64,000 bases of DNA from an uncultured Gammaproteobacteria bacterium (GCA_963774415.1 CAVZEU010000005.1:45742-109741), one strand, 5' to 3'; positions 1 to 8,897 are shown, counted from the stretch's first letter. Notes: generated by a model from the sequence alone, not told the origin. Translations and numbers: made by a program.

Positions 1-130
1 TCGCCATGTCGGCTTCATAGCCGGTCGGGCTCGGAATGTTGGTCAGGTCGATGACCAGTTGCACCAACCGGTCTCGGTCGATGGCGTCGATCGCTCTGGC
101 CAGTAGATCAGGATCAATTTTGGTAGTCAT
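1..130 (-). CDS. M20-family metallohydrolase (ArgE/DapE/ACY1-like), N-terminal fragment; gene continues past the left edge
   Basis: Absent from the ORF track because no stop lies in the window. Reverse complement of 130..1 reads ATG ACT ACC AAA... = MTTKIDPDLLARAIDAIDRDRLVQLVIDLTNIPSPTGYEADMA. The L..LV.L..IPSPTG.E opening is typical of M20 hydrolase N-termini. A purine-rich AGGGGA lies upstream of the ATG. Co-directional with the FAH gene after a 65-nt gap. Confidence 0.5.
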   Translation of the reverse strand, partial: MTTKIDPDLLARAIDAIDRDRLVQLVIDLTNIPSPTGYEADMA

Positions 131-195
131 GTACAGGTTCCCCTGGTTCTGCGGGCGCCCGGCCGGGTCCACCGGCCTGCGGTCGGCCCCGCGTG

Positions 196-1113
196 TCACT
201 CCTCGATGAACGTCGTCAGCGTGCCCAGCTTGTCGATGTGGGCATCGATGCGGTCGCCCGCTTGCAGATAGACGGGGTTGGCCATGCCGGCGATGACACC
301 CGGCGGGCTGCCCGTGGTAATCAGGTCGCCCGGCTGCAGGGTCGTGTTCGACCACCACGCAACCAGGTCCGCAACCTTGTAGACCATGTTGGCCGTGCTG
401 GAGTTCTGCCGCTCCTCGCCGTTCAGCGTCAGGACCATTTTCAGGTCGTTGGGATCACCCACCTCGTCCATCGTCACCAGGTGCGGGCCCAGCGGGCAGG
501 AGCCGTCGAAGCTCTTGCCCAGCAGAATGACCTTGTTGGAGTGCTCGCGCGCCTGGATATCTCGCGCCGACAAGTCGTTGAAGATAGTCAGCCCGGCGAC
601 GTAATCGAGGGCGTCTTCCTTGCTGACCCGGAAGGCCTCCTTGCCGATGATGATGCCGACCTCGATCTCATAATCGAGCTGCTTGGTGAAGTGCGGCACT
701 TTCACGGTGGCTCCGCTCGGAACGACCGACGAAGGCGCTTCGAGAAAGCCGGTAGGGTGTTCGAAATGGAACTCGCCCCAGTTATGTGACTGCCACTCCG
801 GTTCGTTCCAGGTCGTCAGTTCGGACAGGTGATCGGAGAAATTACAGGACGTGTGCATGATCTTGCCCGGTTTCGGCACCGGCGCCAGCAATTCGATATC
901 GTCTGCATCGATCAGCCCGGCTTTGCCGGCCTGCGCCTCCTCGGCGAGCGACCGGGCCCGCCGCATGGCAGCGTCGCCCTGCTCCAGAAACTCGATCATC
1001 GTGGCAGGCAGTTCACCGCCGCTGGCTGCGTGCAGGTCGAGGTAAGCGTCACCAATCACGGCGCCAATGGTGGCGGCACCGGTCGACTTGATTTTCAGAC
1101 TTGCCAGTTTCAT
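196..1113 (-). CDS. Fumarylacetoacetate hydrolase (FAH) family protein
   Basis: 305-aa ORF with FAH-fold C-terminal signatures (DYEIEVGIIIGK, LTLNGEERQNSSTANMVY, GDLITTGSPPGV). 16-nt gap to the upstream LLM gene. Confidence 0.85.
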   Translation of the reverse strand: MKLASLKIKSTGAATIGAVIGDAYLDLHAASGGELPATMIEFLEQGDAAMRRARSLAEEAQAGKAGLIDADDIELLAPVPKPGKIMHTSCNFSDHLSELTTWNEPEWQSHNWGEFHFEHPTGFLEAPSSVVPSGATVKVPHFTKQLDYEIEVGIIIGKEAFRVSKEDALDYVAGLTIFNDLSARDIQAREHSNKVILLGKSFDGSCPLGPHLVTMDEVGDPNDLKMVLTLNGEERQNSSTANMVYKVADLVAWWSNTTLQPGDLITTGSPPGVIAGMANPVYLQAGDRIDAHIDKLGTLTTFIEE

Positions 1114-1129
1114 AGCGTCTCCATTCGAT

Positions 1130-2224
1130 TCAGTCGAGGCCCGGACCCGATTTCAGGTTCGGCACCACGTGTTCGCCCATCAGGCGGATGCTTTCGAGAT
1201 TGTCGGCCTCGGACGCACCGACCACTTCCAGCAGCGGCAGGTTGAGCCCCGCGTCGACGAGTTCCTGCGTGATCTCCAGGCAATCGTCGGGGTCGCCGGA
1301 GATCACGGTGAAGGCGCGCATCATCTCATCGGTTACCAGGTGCGTGACATTGTCGTCCGTGCCCTCGGCGATCGCCTTGCGGAACGGGTCCCAAGTCGAG
1401 TCAGGCAATCCCGACCCGGCCAGGATGACATCGTTCTTGATATTGCGGATCTTGTTGACGATATAGGTTCCGGTATAGCTGCGCGTCGCGTCGCGCGCCT
1501 TGTCGCCGTCCTCCGAGCAGCAGCACAGGATGACGCCGCCGACCGGAAAGGCCGGATCCAGCGTGCGGCCGACAGAGGCCGCGCCCTTACACATGTTCTC
1601 GATCGCGTAACGGACAAAAGCCGGCGAAGTCAGTCCGGCCGTCAGCAGGCCGTCGCCCTCCTTGCCCGTCAGCCTTTGCATGTAGGGGCCGGTGGCGCCG
1701 ATGTAAATCGGAATCTCCGTGCGCAACCCGTCGGCCGCCCGGTCATAGGCCGGCATCGTCGACTTGAACAGGTCGCCCTCGTAATTGAATTTTTCGCCTT
1801 TCCACACCCTGCGCATGATTTCCATGGACTCGCGGTGAACCGGCACCGGCTTCATCTTGCCAAGATCGTATTCAAGGTATTCCACGCCGACCTTGCCGAC
1901 ACCGATACCCATGATGAAGCGGCCGTTGGAGAGTTCGTCGATGGCTCCAGCCTCGGAAGCCTGGATCGTGGGGTGGCGCAGATACGGCGAGGTGATGCCC
2001 AGGCCGACCGGGATCCGCTCGGTCACCATCGCGACCGCTGCCAGTGTCGTAAAGCAGCCGCGCGACTCGAGGCCATACTGGCGGAACCAGTGATAGGCCT
2101 CGGCGATCCAGAAACCGCCGTTCATGTTCGAAGCCTCGGTTTGCCTGGCATACGCCTGCATTGAGGACAGCGGTTCGTAGGACTTGAAAATGACGCCGAC
2201 TTTCGGGCTGACGGATGTGCTCAT
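1130..2224 (-). CDS. LLM-class (luciferase-like) flavin-dependent oxidoreductase
   Basis: 364-aa ORF. Length and motifs (GRFIMGIGVG, IPIYIGATGP) fit luciferase-like monooxygenase TIM barrels. GC3-rich codon usage. Confidence 0.75.
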   Translation of the reverse strand: MSTSVSPKVGVIFKSYEPLSSMQAYARQTEASNMNGGFWIAEAYHWFRQYGLESRGCFTTLAAVAMVTERIPVGLGITSPYLRHPTIQASEAGAIDELSNGRFIMGIGVGKVGVEYLEYDLGKMKPVPVHRESMEIMRRVWKGEKFNYEGDLFKSTMPAYDRAADGLRTEIPIYIGATGPYMQRLTGKEGDGLLTAGLTSPAFVRYAIENMCKGAASVGRTLDPAFPVGGVILCCCSEDGDKARDATRSYTGTYIVNKIRNIKNDVILAGSGLPDSTWDPFRKAIAEGTDDNVTHLVTDEMMRAFTVISGDPDDCLEITQELVDAGLNLPLLEVVGASEADNLESIRLMGEHVVPNLKSGPGLD

Positions 2225-2629
2225 GGCTAGCTCCTGTATGCGGTAGCAAATGACTGCCCGGCACCCGCCCCCGAGGCTCCGGCACCGGAATTTTATATGA
2301 TACTAGATAGGCTCAACCGGAGGGTCTTGCCCCTAGGGGTCTGGCTTGTTGATTCTCAGTGCAGCGCGAATAAATTGGCCGTTTCGCGCCGCCGCCGGCG
2401 CCGCCCGCAGCGCAGCAGCCCCAGCCCTGGACGCCAACCCGGCGGCCGCCCTCAGGGCGCGTTGCGTTTTCCGAGACGGCAGAAGATAATAAGCAACCAT
2501 GTGGAGCGGGCAGAGCAGGCGCACAACCTCTTTGCCGGCCACGGTTTCATGTACGGCGCGCCGCTCCAGCGGCGCGTGCGCGAACCGCACACAACTGAAT
2601 ACTGACCCGTTTGCGGATCATTACGGAGA

Positions 2630-3511
2630 ATGCCAGTGTCATTGACGAACGTTAAGGAATACTTCACGCCGAGCGGCAAAGACGAGGTGCTCGACCTCCT
2701 CGAAACTTACGGTGACAGTGCCCTGATCGTTGCCGGCGGAAGTTTCGTGCATGGTCTGGACGCACGCGATCTCCTGATCGGGATCGACGCGCTGATCGAT
2801 ATCAAGAATGTGGGGATCGATCAGGTCACGGAGACACCGGAAGGCTTGTCCATCGGCGCAATGGTAACGTTCACCGATCTCACGAAAACAAGTGAAATCA
2901 ACGATGCAGCCGTTTTTGGTGCGATCCGGGACGCGCTGGAGTACCCGCCGCTGCAAATCAGGAACCTGGCGACGGTCGGCGGCAATATTGCATCGGCCTG
3001 TCCGTACTTCGACTTACCGACCGCGATCATGGCACTCGACGCCACCGTCCAGGCACAGGGCCCGGACGGGTCGAGAAACATCGGGCTGGAGTCCTTCTTC
3101 GAGGGCCTGTTCCAGAACTCGCTGGAATCCAACGAATTCGTCACCGGCGTCACCCTCCCGCAGTTGCCAGCGCGCTCGGCCAGTGCGTTCATCAAGCTCG
3201 AATCGAACGCCAATGACCTCGCCATCGTCAACGTCGCGGCGCGTGTCTCGATCGATGACTCCGGTGTCTGCCAGGCTGCGCGGATCGTGATCGGCGGCGG
3301 CGGCGCTGAAACGCCGCTGCGTGTACAGGCCGCCGAGGCGCGCTTGCAGGGCCATGAAATATCCGCTGAGTCGATACAACGGGCAGCCGCTGCGGTCGGT
3401 GAGGAACTGCAGCCGATGTCAGACCACAGGGCTTCGGCGGCGTACCGGCTGGCCATGGCGCGCACGCTGACACAACGCGCCCTGCACCGGGCCGTCGAAA
3501 GGTTGAATTAA
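2630..3511 (+). CDS. Xanthine dehydrogenase-family FAD-binding (medium, CoxM-like) subunit
   Basis: 293 aa. FAD-binding-5 type N-terminus (ALIVAGGSFVHG) and CO-dehydrogenase flavoprotein C-terminal region (SDHRASAAYRLAMA). First gene of an M-S-L trio. GTG at 2636 is an alternative start with better GGAGA spacing. Confidence 0.85.
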   Translation: MPVSLTNVKEYFTPSGKDEVLDLLETYGDSALIVAGGSFVHGLDARDLLIGIDALIDIKNVGIDQVTETPEGLSIGAMVTFTDLTKTSEINDAAVFGAIRDALEYPPLQIRNLATVGGNIASACPYFDLPTAIMALDATVQAQGPDGSRNIGLESFFEGLFQNSLESNEFVTGVTLPQLPARSASAFIKLESNANDLAIVNVAARVSIDDSGVCQAARIVIGGGGAETPLRVQAAEARLQGHEISAESIQRAAAAVGEELQPMSDHRASAAYRLAMARTLTQRALHRAVERLN

Positions 3512-3524
3512 AGGGAATACCGCC

Positions 3525-3983
3525 ATGAAAAAACTAGTCACCCTCGAAATCAACGGTGAACCCACGGAGCTTTCCGTGGAGCCCAGTGAGAGCCTGTTGC
3601 AGGTTCTGCGCCGGCAGGCCGGCCTGACGGGCACGAAACGCGGTTGTGATTCCGGCGGCTGCGGCTGTTGTACCGTGCACCTGAACGGCAAGGCCGTCTA
3701 CTCCTGCATGGTCTTCGCCAGTTCGCTCGAGAACAGCAAGGTTACGACCATAGAAGGCCTCTCTGCAGGCGCTGAACTCGATCCGCTGCAAACCGCGTTC
3801 ATCGAAAAGGGTGCGGTACAATGCGGCTATTGCACCTGCGGCATCATCATGACGGCAAAAGAATTTCTGGCGCATGAAACTGACCCGGACGAAGAGCAGA
3901 TAAGACACGCCATCGCAGGTAACCTGTGCCGCTGCACGGGTTACCACAAGATCGTAGAGGCCATCAAAACCGTTGGCTCCTGA
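3525..3983 (+). CDS. (2Fe-2S)-binding small (CoxS-like) subunit of a molybdo-hydroxylase
   Basis: 152 aa with both cluster motifs: CDSGGCGCCTV (plant-type) and CGYCTCG ... CRCTGY. Confidence 0.9.
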   Translation: MKKLVTLEINGEPTELSVEPSESLLQVLRRQAGLTGTKRGCDSGGCGCCTVHLNGKAVYSCMVFASSLENSKVTTIEGLSAGAELDPLQTAFIEKGAVQCGYCTCGIIMTAKEFLAHETDPDEEQIRHAIAGNLCRCTGYHKIVEAIKTVGS

Positions 3984-4006
3984 TACAAATCAAGGTGAGT
4001 GAGATT

Positions 4007-6334
4007 ATGACGAAGACGACCGTCGTCGGCCAAAGTGTTCTAAGACCAGACGCTTTTGAGAAAGTCCGGGGTGGCAAGAACTTCCCGGTCAACGTGGAAC
4101 TGCCGGGCATGCTGCACGCCAAGCTGTTGCGCAGCCCCTACCCGCACGCCCGCATACTCAGCATCGACGCATCCGAGGCTGAGAAATTGCCAGGCGTAAA
4201 AGCCGTTCTGTTACCCGAAGATGTGCCGCAGAAAAAATTCTGCCCGGTCTTTTTCGTACCCACGATGGCCGCCAGCATGATCCAGGACATGCTGATTCTC
4301 AGCAACACGGTCCGCTACACGGGCCAACCGGTCGCAGCCGTGGCCGCGACCAGCGCCGAGATCGCGGCGGAGGCGCTGGACCTGATCGACGTCGAATACG
4401 AGGAACTCGAGGCGGTTTTCGACACCGAGTCCGCGCTGCGCGACGGCGCGCCGCGCCTGCACGAGAATGCCGAAAACAACATCGCCAAGAACCCGGTGTT
4501 CGAGTTCGGTGACCTGGAGGCCGGGTTCGCCGAGGCCGATCACGTCTTCGAGGGGACTTACAAGACACAAAGGGTGCATACCTGCTACATGGAACCGCGC
4601 GTATGCGTGGTGGATTGCGACGCCGACGGACGCCTGACGGTGCATTCGTCCATGCAACACATGTTCGGTCTGCGGGAAAAACTCGCGTTCGCGCTGGATC
4701 TGCCGGACAGCATGGTCAAGGTCATCAAGCCCCCCTACATCGGCGGAGGCTTCGGCGGCAAACTCGATATCGGCTATATCGAGCCTATTGCAGCGCTCCT
4801 GAGCCGCAAGACCGGCCGGCCCGTGCGCATCGAGCAGACGCGCTTCGAGGACTTCATCTCGACCACGCGCAACCCGATCGAGGTATACCTGAAAACCGGA
4901 ATCCGCAAGGACGGCACCTTCACGGCCCGCTACGCGCGTAGCACGCTGGACTGCGGGGCCCACGCCACTCACGGCGCAGAGGTCATCATGGTTCACGGCA
5001 TGTTCGGCATCCTGCTCACCTACCGTTGCGCCAACCAGACCTGGGAAGGCCGGACGGTCTACACCAACAACATGATCGGCGGCGGCTATCGCGGCTACGG
5101 ATCACCGCAGGGCTGTTTCGCGGTGGAATCCCAGATCGACGAAATCTGCAACGAGTTGGGTTTCGACCCGATCGAATTCCGTCTCAAGAATGCGCACCAC
5201 GAAGGCGATCCGCACCCGTTTCTGCAGGGGTTCGACCTCACCACGTATCGATTCGAAGACTGCCTGCGCCAGGCCGCGGAACGCATCGGCTTTTCAGAAA
5301 GGACTTCCCACAAAGACAAGCAGGGCGTGTTGCGGCGCGGTGTCGGACTCGGTTGCCAGCCCTTGTGGGTCAGCGGCTGCGTGGGTTTTCCGGACATTTA
5401 CGAACACAGCGGCGCGATCATCACGCTCAACCCGGACGGCACCGCCAACCTGGCCAACGCGACGGTCGACATGGGCTCCGGCCAGATTACCACGCTCTGC
5501 CAGATCGCGGCGGAAGAACTCGGCCTCAAGGCCGAGCAGGTGCGCATGACGTACGCGGATACCGAAACCGTGCCGTTCGACGCGCCGAGCCATGCCAGCC
5601 GGGTCACCTATTCGGCCGGTAACGCCGTCCAGGCCGCGGCCGCGGACGCGAAGCGGAAACTGCTCAAGGTCGCGGCGATCATGCTCGACACGGAAGCTGA
5701 CAAACTCGAAGTCCGCGACGGTCACGTGCACCTTCAGGGCAGCGACAAGAAACTGACCATCGCCGAGGTCGTCACGCGGGCAGAGAGCCCGTTCGTGCAG
5801 ATGACGGCGGAAGGCCCGATGCCGACCACGATTCCCGAAAAAGGCACCATTATCGGCGTTTCCAGCCTGGCCCCGCCTTCGAACCCTTCACCCTCCTCGG
5901 TCGAGTTCGTCGAGGTGGAGGTCGATACCGAGACCGGCGAGGTCAAGGTGTTGCAGGCCGTCTTCGCGCACGACGTCGGCAAGCTCATCAACCCGGCCGC
6001 GGCGGAAGGCCAGGTCGAAGGCGGCTTCCAGCAGGGGATGGGGTATGCGCTGATGGAGAAAATCCAGTTCGACCCCGAGACCGGAACCTGCCTGACAGGC
6101 GACTTTCTCGATTACAAGATGCCGACCGCGGTGGAAATGCCGCGCCGGATCGAGAGCATTTTCATCGAATCGAACGAACCCACCGGCCCCTTTGGCGCCA
6201 AGAGCCTTTCGGAGCCGTGCTGCACCGTTCCGGCGCCGGCCATTGCCAACGCGATTTTCAACGCCGTCGGGGTCCGGGTAAAGGAATTGCCGATCACGCC
6301 GGAGAAAATCCTGGCCGGTCTGGGCAAGCTCTGA
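4007..6334 (+). CDS. Xanthine dehydrogenase/aldehyde oxidase-family molybdopterin-binding large subunit
   Basis: The ORF-track ORF starts at 3926 inside the small-subunit gene. ATG at 4007 (MTKTTVVGQSV..) has an AAGGTGAG RBS and matches the usual N-terminus. Motifs IGGGFGGK and GGGYRGYGSPQG are XDH-family. No CODH AYRCSFR or AYRGAGR loop seen. Confidence 0.9.
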   Translation: MTKTTVVGQSVLRPDAFEKVRGGKNFPVNVELPGMLHAKLLRSPYPHARILSIDASEAEKLPGVKAVLLPEDVPQKKFCPVFFVPTMAASMIQDMLILSNTVRYTGQPVAAVAATSAEIAAEALDLIDVEYEELEAVFDTESALRDGAPRLHENAENNIAKNPVFEFGDLEAGFAEADHVFEGTYKTQRVHTCYMEPRVCVVDCDADGRLTVHSSMQHMFGLREKLAFALDLPDSMVKVIKPPYIGGGFGGKLDIGYIEPIAALLSRKTGRPVRIEQTRFEDFISTTRNPIEVYLKTGIRKDGTFTARYARSTLDCGAHATHGAEVIMVHGMFGILLTYRCANQTWEGRTVYTNNMIGGGYRGYGSPQGCFAVESQIDEICNELGFDPIEFRLKNAHHEGDPHPFLQGFDLTTYRFEDCLRQAAERIGFSERTSHKDKQGVLRRGVGLGCQPLWVSGCVGFPDIYEHSGAIITLNPDGTANLANATVDMGSGQITTLCQIAAEELGLKAEQVRMTYADTETVPFDAPSHASRVTYSAGNAVQAAAADAKRKLLKVAAIMLDTEADKLEVRDGHVHLQGSDKKLTIAEVVTRAESPFVQMTAEGPMPTTIPEKGTIIGVSSLAPPSNPSPSSVEFVEVEVDTETGEVKVLQAVFAHDVGKLINPAAAEGQVEGGFQQGMGYALMEKIQFDPETGTCLTGDFLDYKMPTAVEMPRRIESIFIESNEPTGPFGAKSLSEPCCTVPAPAIANAIFNAVGVRVKELPITPEKILAGLGKL

Positions 6335-6343
6335 TTCGCGCCG

Positions 6344-6937
6344 ATGAAAATCGAAAAAAGCTTTGTCATCGACGCTCCGCAGGAAGCCGTATGGGACTTC
6401 ATCAGTTCGCCGGAAAAGGTCGGCCCGTGTTTTCCGGGCTGCGAGGGTGTCAAGAAGCTCGGTGGGAACCAGTACGAGACCGACATCAAGGTCCAGATCG
6501 GACCGATCAAAACGGTATTCAATATCAAGTTCGAAGAGACCGAAAGCCGGCCGATGGAATATTTTGCCTACGCCAGCCGCGGTGAGGAAGGCCACCGCGC
6601 CAGCCGCCTGAAAGCCGACAGCACACTGACCCTTGCGCCGCTCGACGGCGGCAAGACCCAGGTCGACTACGCGTCTGAGCTTTCCATCGTGGGACGGCTC
6701 GGCAAGTTCGGGCTCGGCATGATGAAGAAAAAGGCCGATACCATGGGCGACGAGTTCATCGCGTCGGTCCGCTCCGAGATCGAAGGCCCGGCCGCAGACT
6801 CCGGGGCCGCGGAAACCGCCGCGGGTGAAAGCGCGGCGCCCCCTGCCGGCAGCGGTCGCTCCGGCGGCCTGAAAATGGCCGCGGCGGCAGTGGGTGCCGC
6901 GGTAATCATCCTCCTCGTGTACTATTTCACCCGCTGA
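6344..6937 (+). CDS. CoxG-like SRPBCC-family protein with C-terminal transmembrane anchor
   Basis: 197 aa. N-terminal about 140 aa resembles CoxG (MKIEKSFVIDAPQEAVWDFISSPEKVGPCFPGCE). Followed by an Ala/Gly/Ser linker and a hydrophobic tail (AAAAVGAAVIILLVYYF). 9 nt after the large-subunit stop. Confidence 0.8.
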   Translation: MKIEKSFVIDAPQEAVWDFISSPEKVGPCFPGCEGVKKLGGNQYETDIKVQIGPIKTVFNIKFEETESRPMEYFAYASRGEEGHRASRLKADSTLTLAPLDGGKTQVDYASELSIVGRLGKFGLGMMKKKADTMGDEFIASVRSEIEGPAADSGAAETAAGESAAPPAGSGRSGGLKMAAAAVGAAVIILLVYYFTR

Positions 6938-7059
6938 CCGGCAACCGAGTAGCGTTCCCGCGCCTTCGTCTTTAACCCGCCGGCCGCCTGGCCGACACTC
7001 TCCGACTTGACTCGATCATTGGTTACGACAACACTTGTAGCGGAAGCTGGAAAGTAGAT

Positions 7060-7329
7060 ATGCCTGAAAGCAAACTCCCATTCAAAACCAATGCCGGGCA
7101 ACCCCTCAAGAAGGACCAGGGGCAAGCCGCACCGGGCGCGCGCAGCAGTAAGGCCCGCTCGAGATTGTGGGGCGCGCCCCGGCAAAAGATCAGGGGCACC
7201 AAGGTCGACTCCCGCCAGGAAAGGGTCGAGCGGATCAAGTGGATCGCCAAGTGGGTGATCATCATTCCCTGCAGCATCTATGCCCTGTCGTGGGTCTTTC
7301 TGATCTTCGCCGACCTCTTCGGTTCCTGA
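7060..7329 (+). CDS. Hypothetical small basic tail-anchored membrane protein
   Basis: 89-aa ORF with host-like GC3-rich codons. Lys/Arg-rich N-terminal two thirds, then one hydrophobic helix (WVIIIPCSIYALSWVFLIFADLF). Only a weak GGAAAG RBS. No family recognised. Confidence 0.4.
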   Translation: MPESKLPFKTNAGQPLKKDQGQAAPGARSSKARSRLWGAPRQKIRGTKVDSRQERVERIKWIAKWVIIIPCSIYALSWVFLIFADLFGS

Positions 7330-7450
7330 CAAAATTTTGCCGGGCCGCCCCACTCCCGGTGGGTTCACTGTCGACATTGGTTGCCAGAACCCCGTCTAAT
7401 GTGCTTAACTTTCATCCCCCTTTTAAAAATCAGGGAGATAGGAGACCACA

Positions 7451-7816
7451 ATGATGAAGCAATTATTTTTCACACTCGCCCTTGCAATCGCCATGACCGC
7501 GATGTCGGCCTGCCAGCAGCAAGACGAAAGCCAAGGCACGGCCGCTGAAGCCGCCGACACGGTCAGCGAAGCCGCGGACAACGCCGCCGATGCGACCAGC
7601 GAGGCCGCGGACGACACCGCCGATGCTGTCAGCGATGCCGCCGACGCTACCATGGACGCTGCCAGCGATGCCGCCGATGCCACCGGTGATGCCGCCCAAG
7701 AGGCGCAAGACATGGCCGAGGACGCCATGGATGATGCGGCAGACCAGGCTGAAGACACGGCAGATGCCGCCGAGGACGCCGCGGACAAGGCGACAAGCGG
7801 TGACGACGGCTCCTGA
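7451..7816 (+). CDS. Highly acidic Ala/Asp-rich lipoprotein with 11-residue repeats
   Basis: 121 aa. Signal peptide with lipobox (AMTAMSA|C). The mature part has 32 Asp/Glu and a single Lys. Four tandem 11-mers occur (SEAADNAADAT, SEAADDTADAV, SDAADATMDAA, SDAADATGDAA). GGAGA RBS upstream and a stem-loop downstream. Confidence 0.7.
   Translation: MMKQLFFTLALAIAMTAMSACQQQDESQGTAAEAADTVSEAADNAADATSEAADDTADAVSDAADATMDAASDAADATGDAAQEAQDMAEDAMDDAADQAEDTADAAEDAADKATSGDDGS
7565..7696 (+). repeat. Four tandem 33-nt (11-codon) coding repeats inside the acidic lipoprotein gene
   Basis: Codons 39-82 of the 7451 ORF form four consecutive S-[ED]-A-A-D-x-x-x-D-A-x units. Looser acidic repeats flank them. 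Confidence 0.8.
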
Positions 7817-7879
7817 GTTGAACGGCTGAGAACTGTTTCGACTGCGGTTCCCGGCCAGCGTCACCCTGACTGACAAACC

Positions 7880-7917
7880 GGCACTGCCCGCGACGGGCGG
7901 TGCCGTCAGGCATTTTC
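7880..7917 (+). terminator. Candidate rho-independent terminator after the acidic lipoprotein gene
   Basis: GGCACTGCCCG-cga-CGGGCGGTGCC forms an 11-bp stem (one G-T wobble) at 7880-7904. A TTTT run follows 8 nt later, which is further away than ideal. Confidence 0.45.
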
Positions 7918-7941
7918 ATGTAAATACAGGAATCGATAGCC

Positions 7942-8517
7942 ATGCTCAGTATCTTTGCCCTGTGGCTGCCGATCGTGGTCTCTGCGATGGCGGTATTCGC
8001 GGCCAGTTCGATCATGCATACGGTGCTGACCTACCACGACAGTGATTTTCACAGGCTGCCCGCTGAAGATGAAATCCTGGCGGCACTGCAGCCGTTCAAT
8101 ATTCCGCCGGGGCAATACGCACTGCCGCACGCCGGCAGTCACAAGAACTTCAAGGACCCGGAATTCCAGCACAAGCTCGCGCGCGGGCCGGTCGCGTTCA
8201 TGACCGTCATGAGCGCCGATTTCAAGATGGGCAAGAGCTTGTTGTTGTGGTTTCTTTACTGCCTGCTGATCAGCGTGTTTTCAGCCTACATCACCAGTCG
8301 CGCGCTGCTGCCGGCGAAGCCGGCGGAATACCTGGAAGTCTTCCGCTTCGCAGGCACGGCGGCGTTCGGCGGCTATGCGCTGGCGCTGCTGCAGAATTCC
8401 ATCTGGTACAAGCGCGCCTGGAGCACAACATTCAAGGCGGTCGCTGACGGACTGGTATATGCCCTGCTTACCGCCGGTGTTTTTGGCTGGCTTTGGCCCT
8501 GGTACGCGGGAGCATGA
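7942..8517 (+). CDS. Hypothetical integral membrane protein
   Basis: 191 aa with about four hydrophobic segments (LWLPIVVSAMAVFAASSIM, LLLWFLYCLLISVFSAYI, GTAAFGGYALALL, LVYALLTAGVFGWLW). Stop overlaps the next gene start (ATGA). No family recognised. Confidence 0.7.
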   Translation: MLSIFALWLPIVVSAMAVFAASSIMHTVLTYHDSDFHRLPAEDEILAALQPFNIPPGQYALPHAGSHKNFKDPEFQHKLARGPVAFMTVMSADFKMGKSLLLWFLYCLLISVFSAYITSRALLPAKPAEYLEVFRFAGTAAFGGYALALLQNSIWYKRAWSTTFKAVADGLVYALLTAGVFGWLWPWYAGA

Positions 8518-8897
8518 CCCCGGCAGGTGACAAGGCGGCGACGGTTCGTGCGCGGGCCATGCCCGCCGACACGAACCCCGCGGGCGACATCTTCGGCGGC
8601 TGGCTGTTGTCACAAATGGACATGGCCGGAGAGATTGCCGCCCGGCAGCATGCACGCACCCGGGTCGTTACGGTCGCCATCAACGCGATGACGTTCCGCA
8701 AGCCGGTGCACGTCGGTGACGTGGTCAGTTGCTACACCAGGATCGTGGGCATCGGCAAAACATCGATAACCGTCGAGATCAAGGCCGTGGCCATGCGCCA
8801 GGACAGCGGCGGCCACGTCCCCGTCACCGAGGGTGTTTTCGTTTACGTCGCGCTCGACGAGAGCGGACAGCCTGCGCCGATAACTTCAACCGGCTGA
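8514..8897 (+). CDS. Acyl-CoA thioesterase, hotdog fold (YciA-like)
   Basis: MTPAGD.. start at 8514 overlaps the upstream stop as ATGA. Motifs MPADTNPAGDIFGGWLLSQMDMAG and VVTVAINAMTFRKPVHVGDVV match YciA-type thioesterases. Confidence 0.85.
   Translation: MTPAGDKAATVRARAMPADTNPAGDIFGGWLLSQMDMAGEIAARQHARTRVVTVAINAMTFRKPVHVGDVVSCYTRIVGIGKTSITVEIKAVAMRQDSGGHVPVTEGVFVYVALDESGQPAPITSTG

Noticed and set aside
2297-2605. ORFs in the 405-nt divergent region between the LLM and coxM-like genes (102 aa on plus, 85 and 75 aa on minus).
   Set aside because: Their composition is Arg/Pro/Ala-rich, with no RBS and no motifs. The region is more likely promoter or regulatory DNA with a GC-rich tract.
3926-4006. 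Upstream extension of the molybdopterin large-subunit ORF (ORF-track start 3926).
   Set aside because: The extension lies inside the 2Fe-2S subunit gene in another frame and encodes non-homologous residues. ATG 4007 has an RBS and gives the expected N-terminus.
2630-6937. Carbon monoxide dehydrogenase (coxMSL-coxG) identity.
   Set aside because: The gene order fits. However, the large subunit lacks both the form I (AYRCSFR) and the form II (AYRGAGR) active-site loops. It shows XDH/aldehyde-oxidase-type motifs instead, so only the family-level call is supported.
7423-7788. 121-aa Ser/Ala-rich ORF, and CRISPR-like periodicity, in the 7.5-7.7 kb repeats.
   Set aside because: It is the antisense reading of the acidic lipoprotein repeats. 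The sense ORF has a lipoprotein signal peptide and an RBS. The 33-nt units are contiguous coding repeats without spacers, so this is not a CRISPR array.
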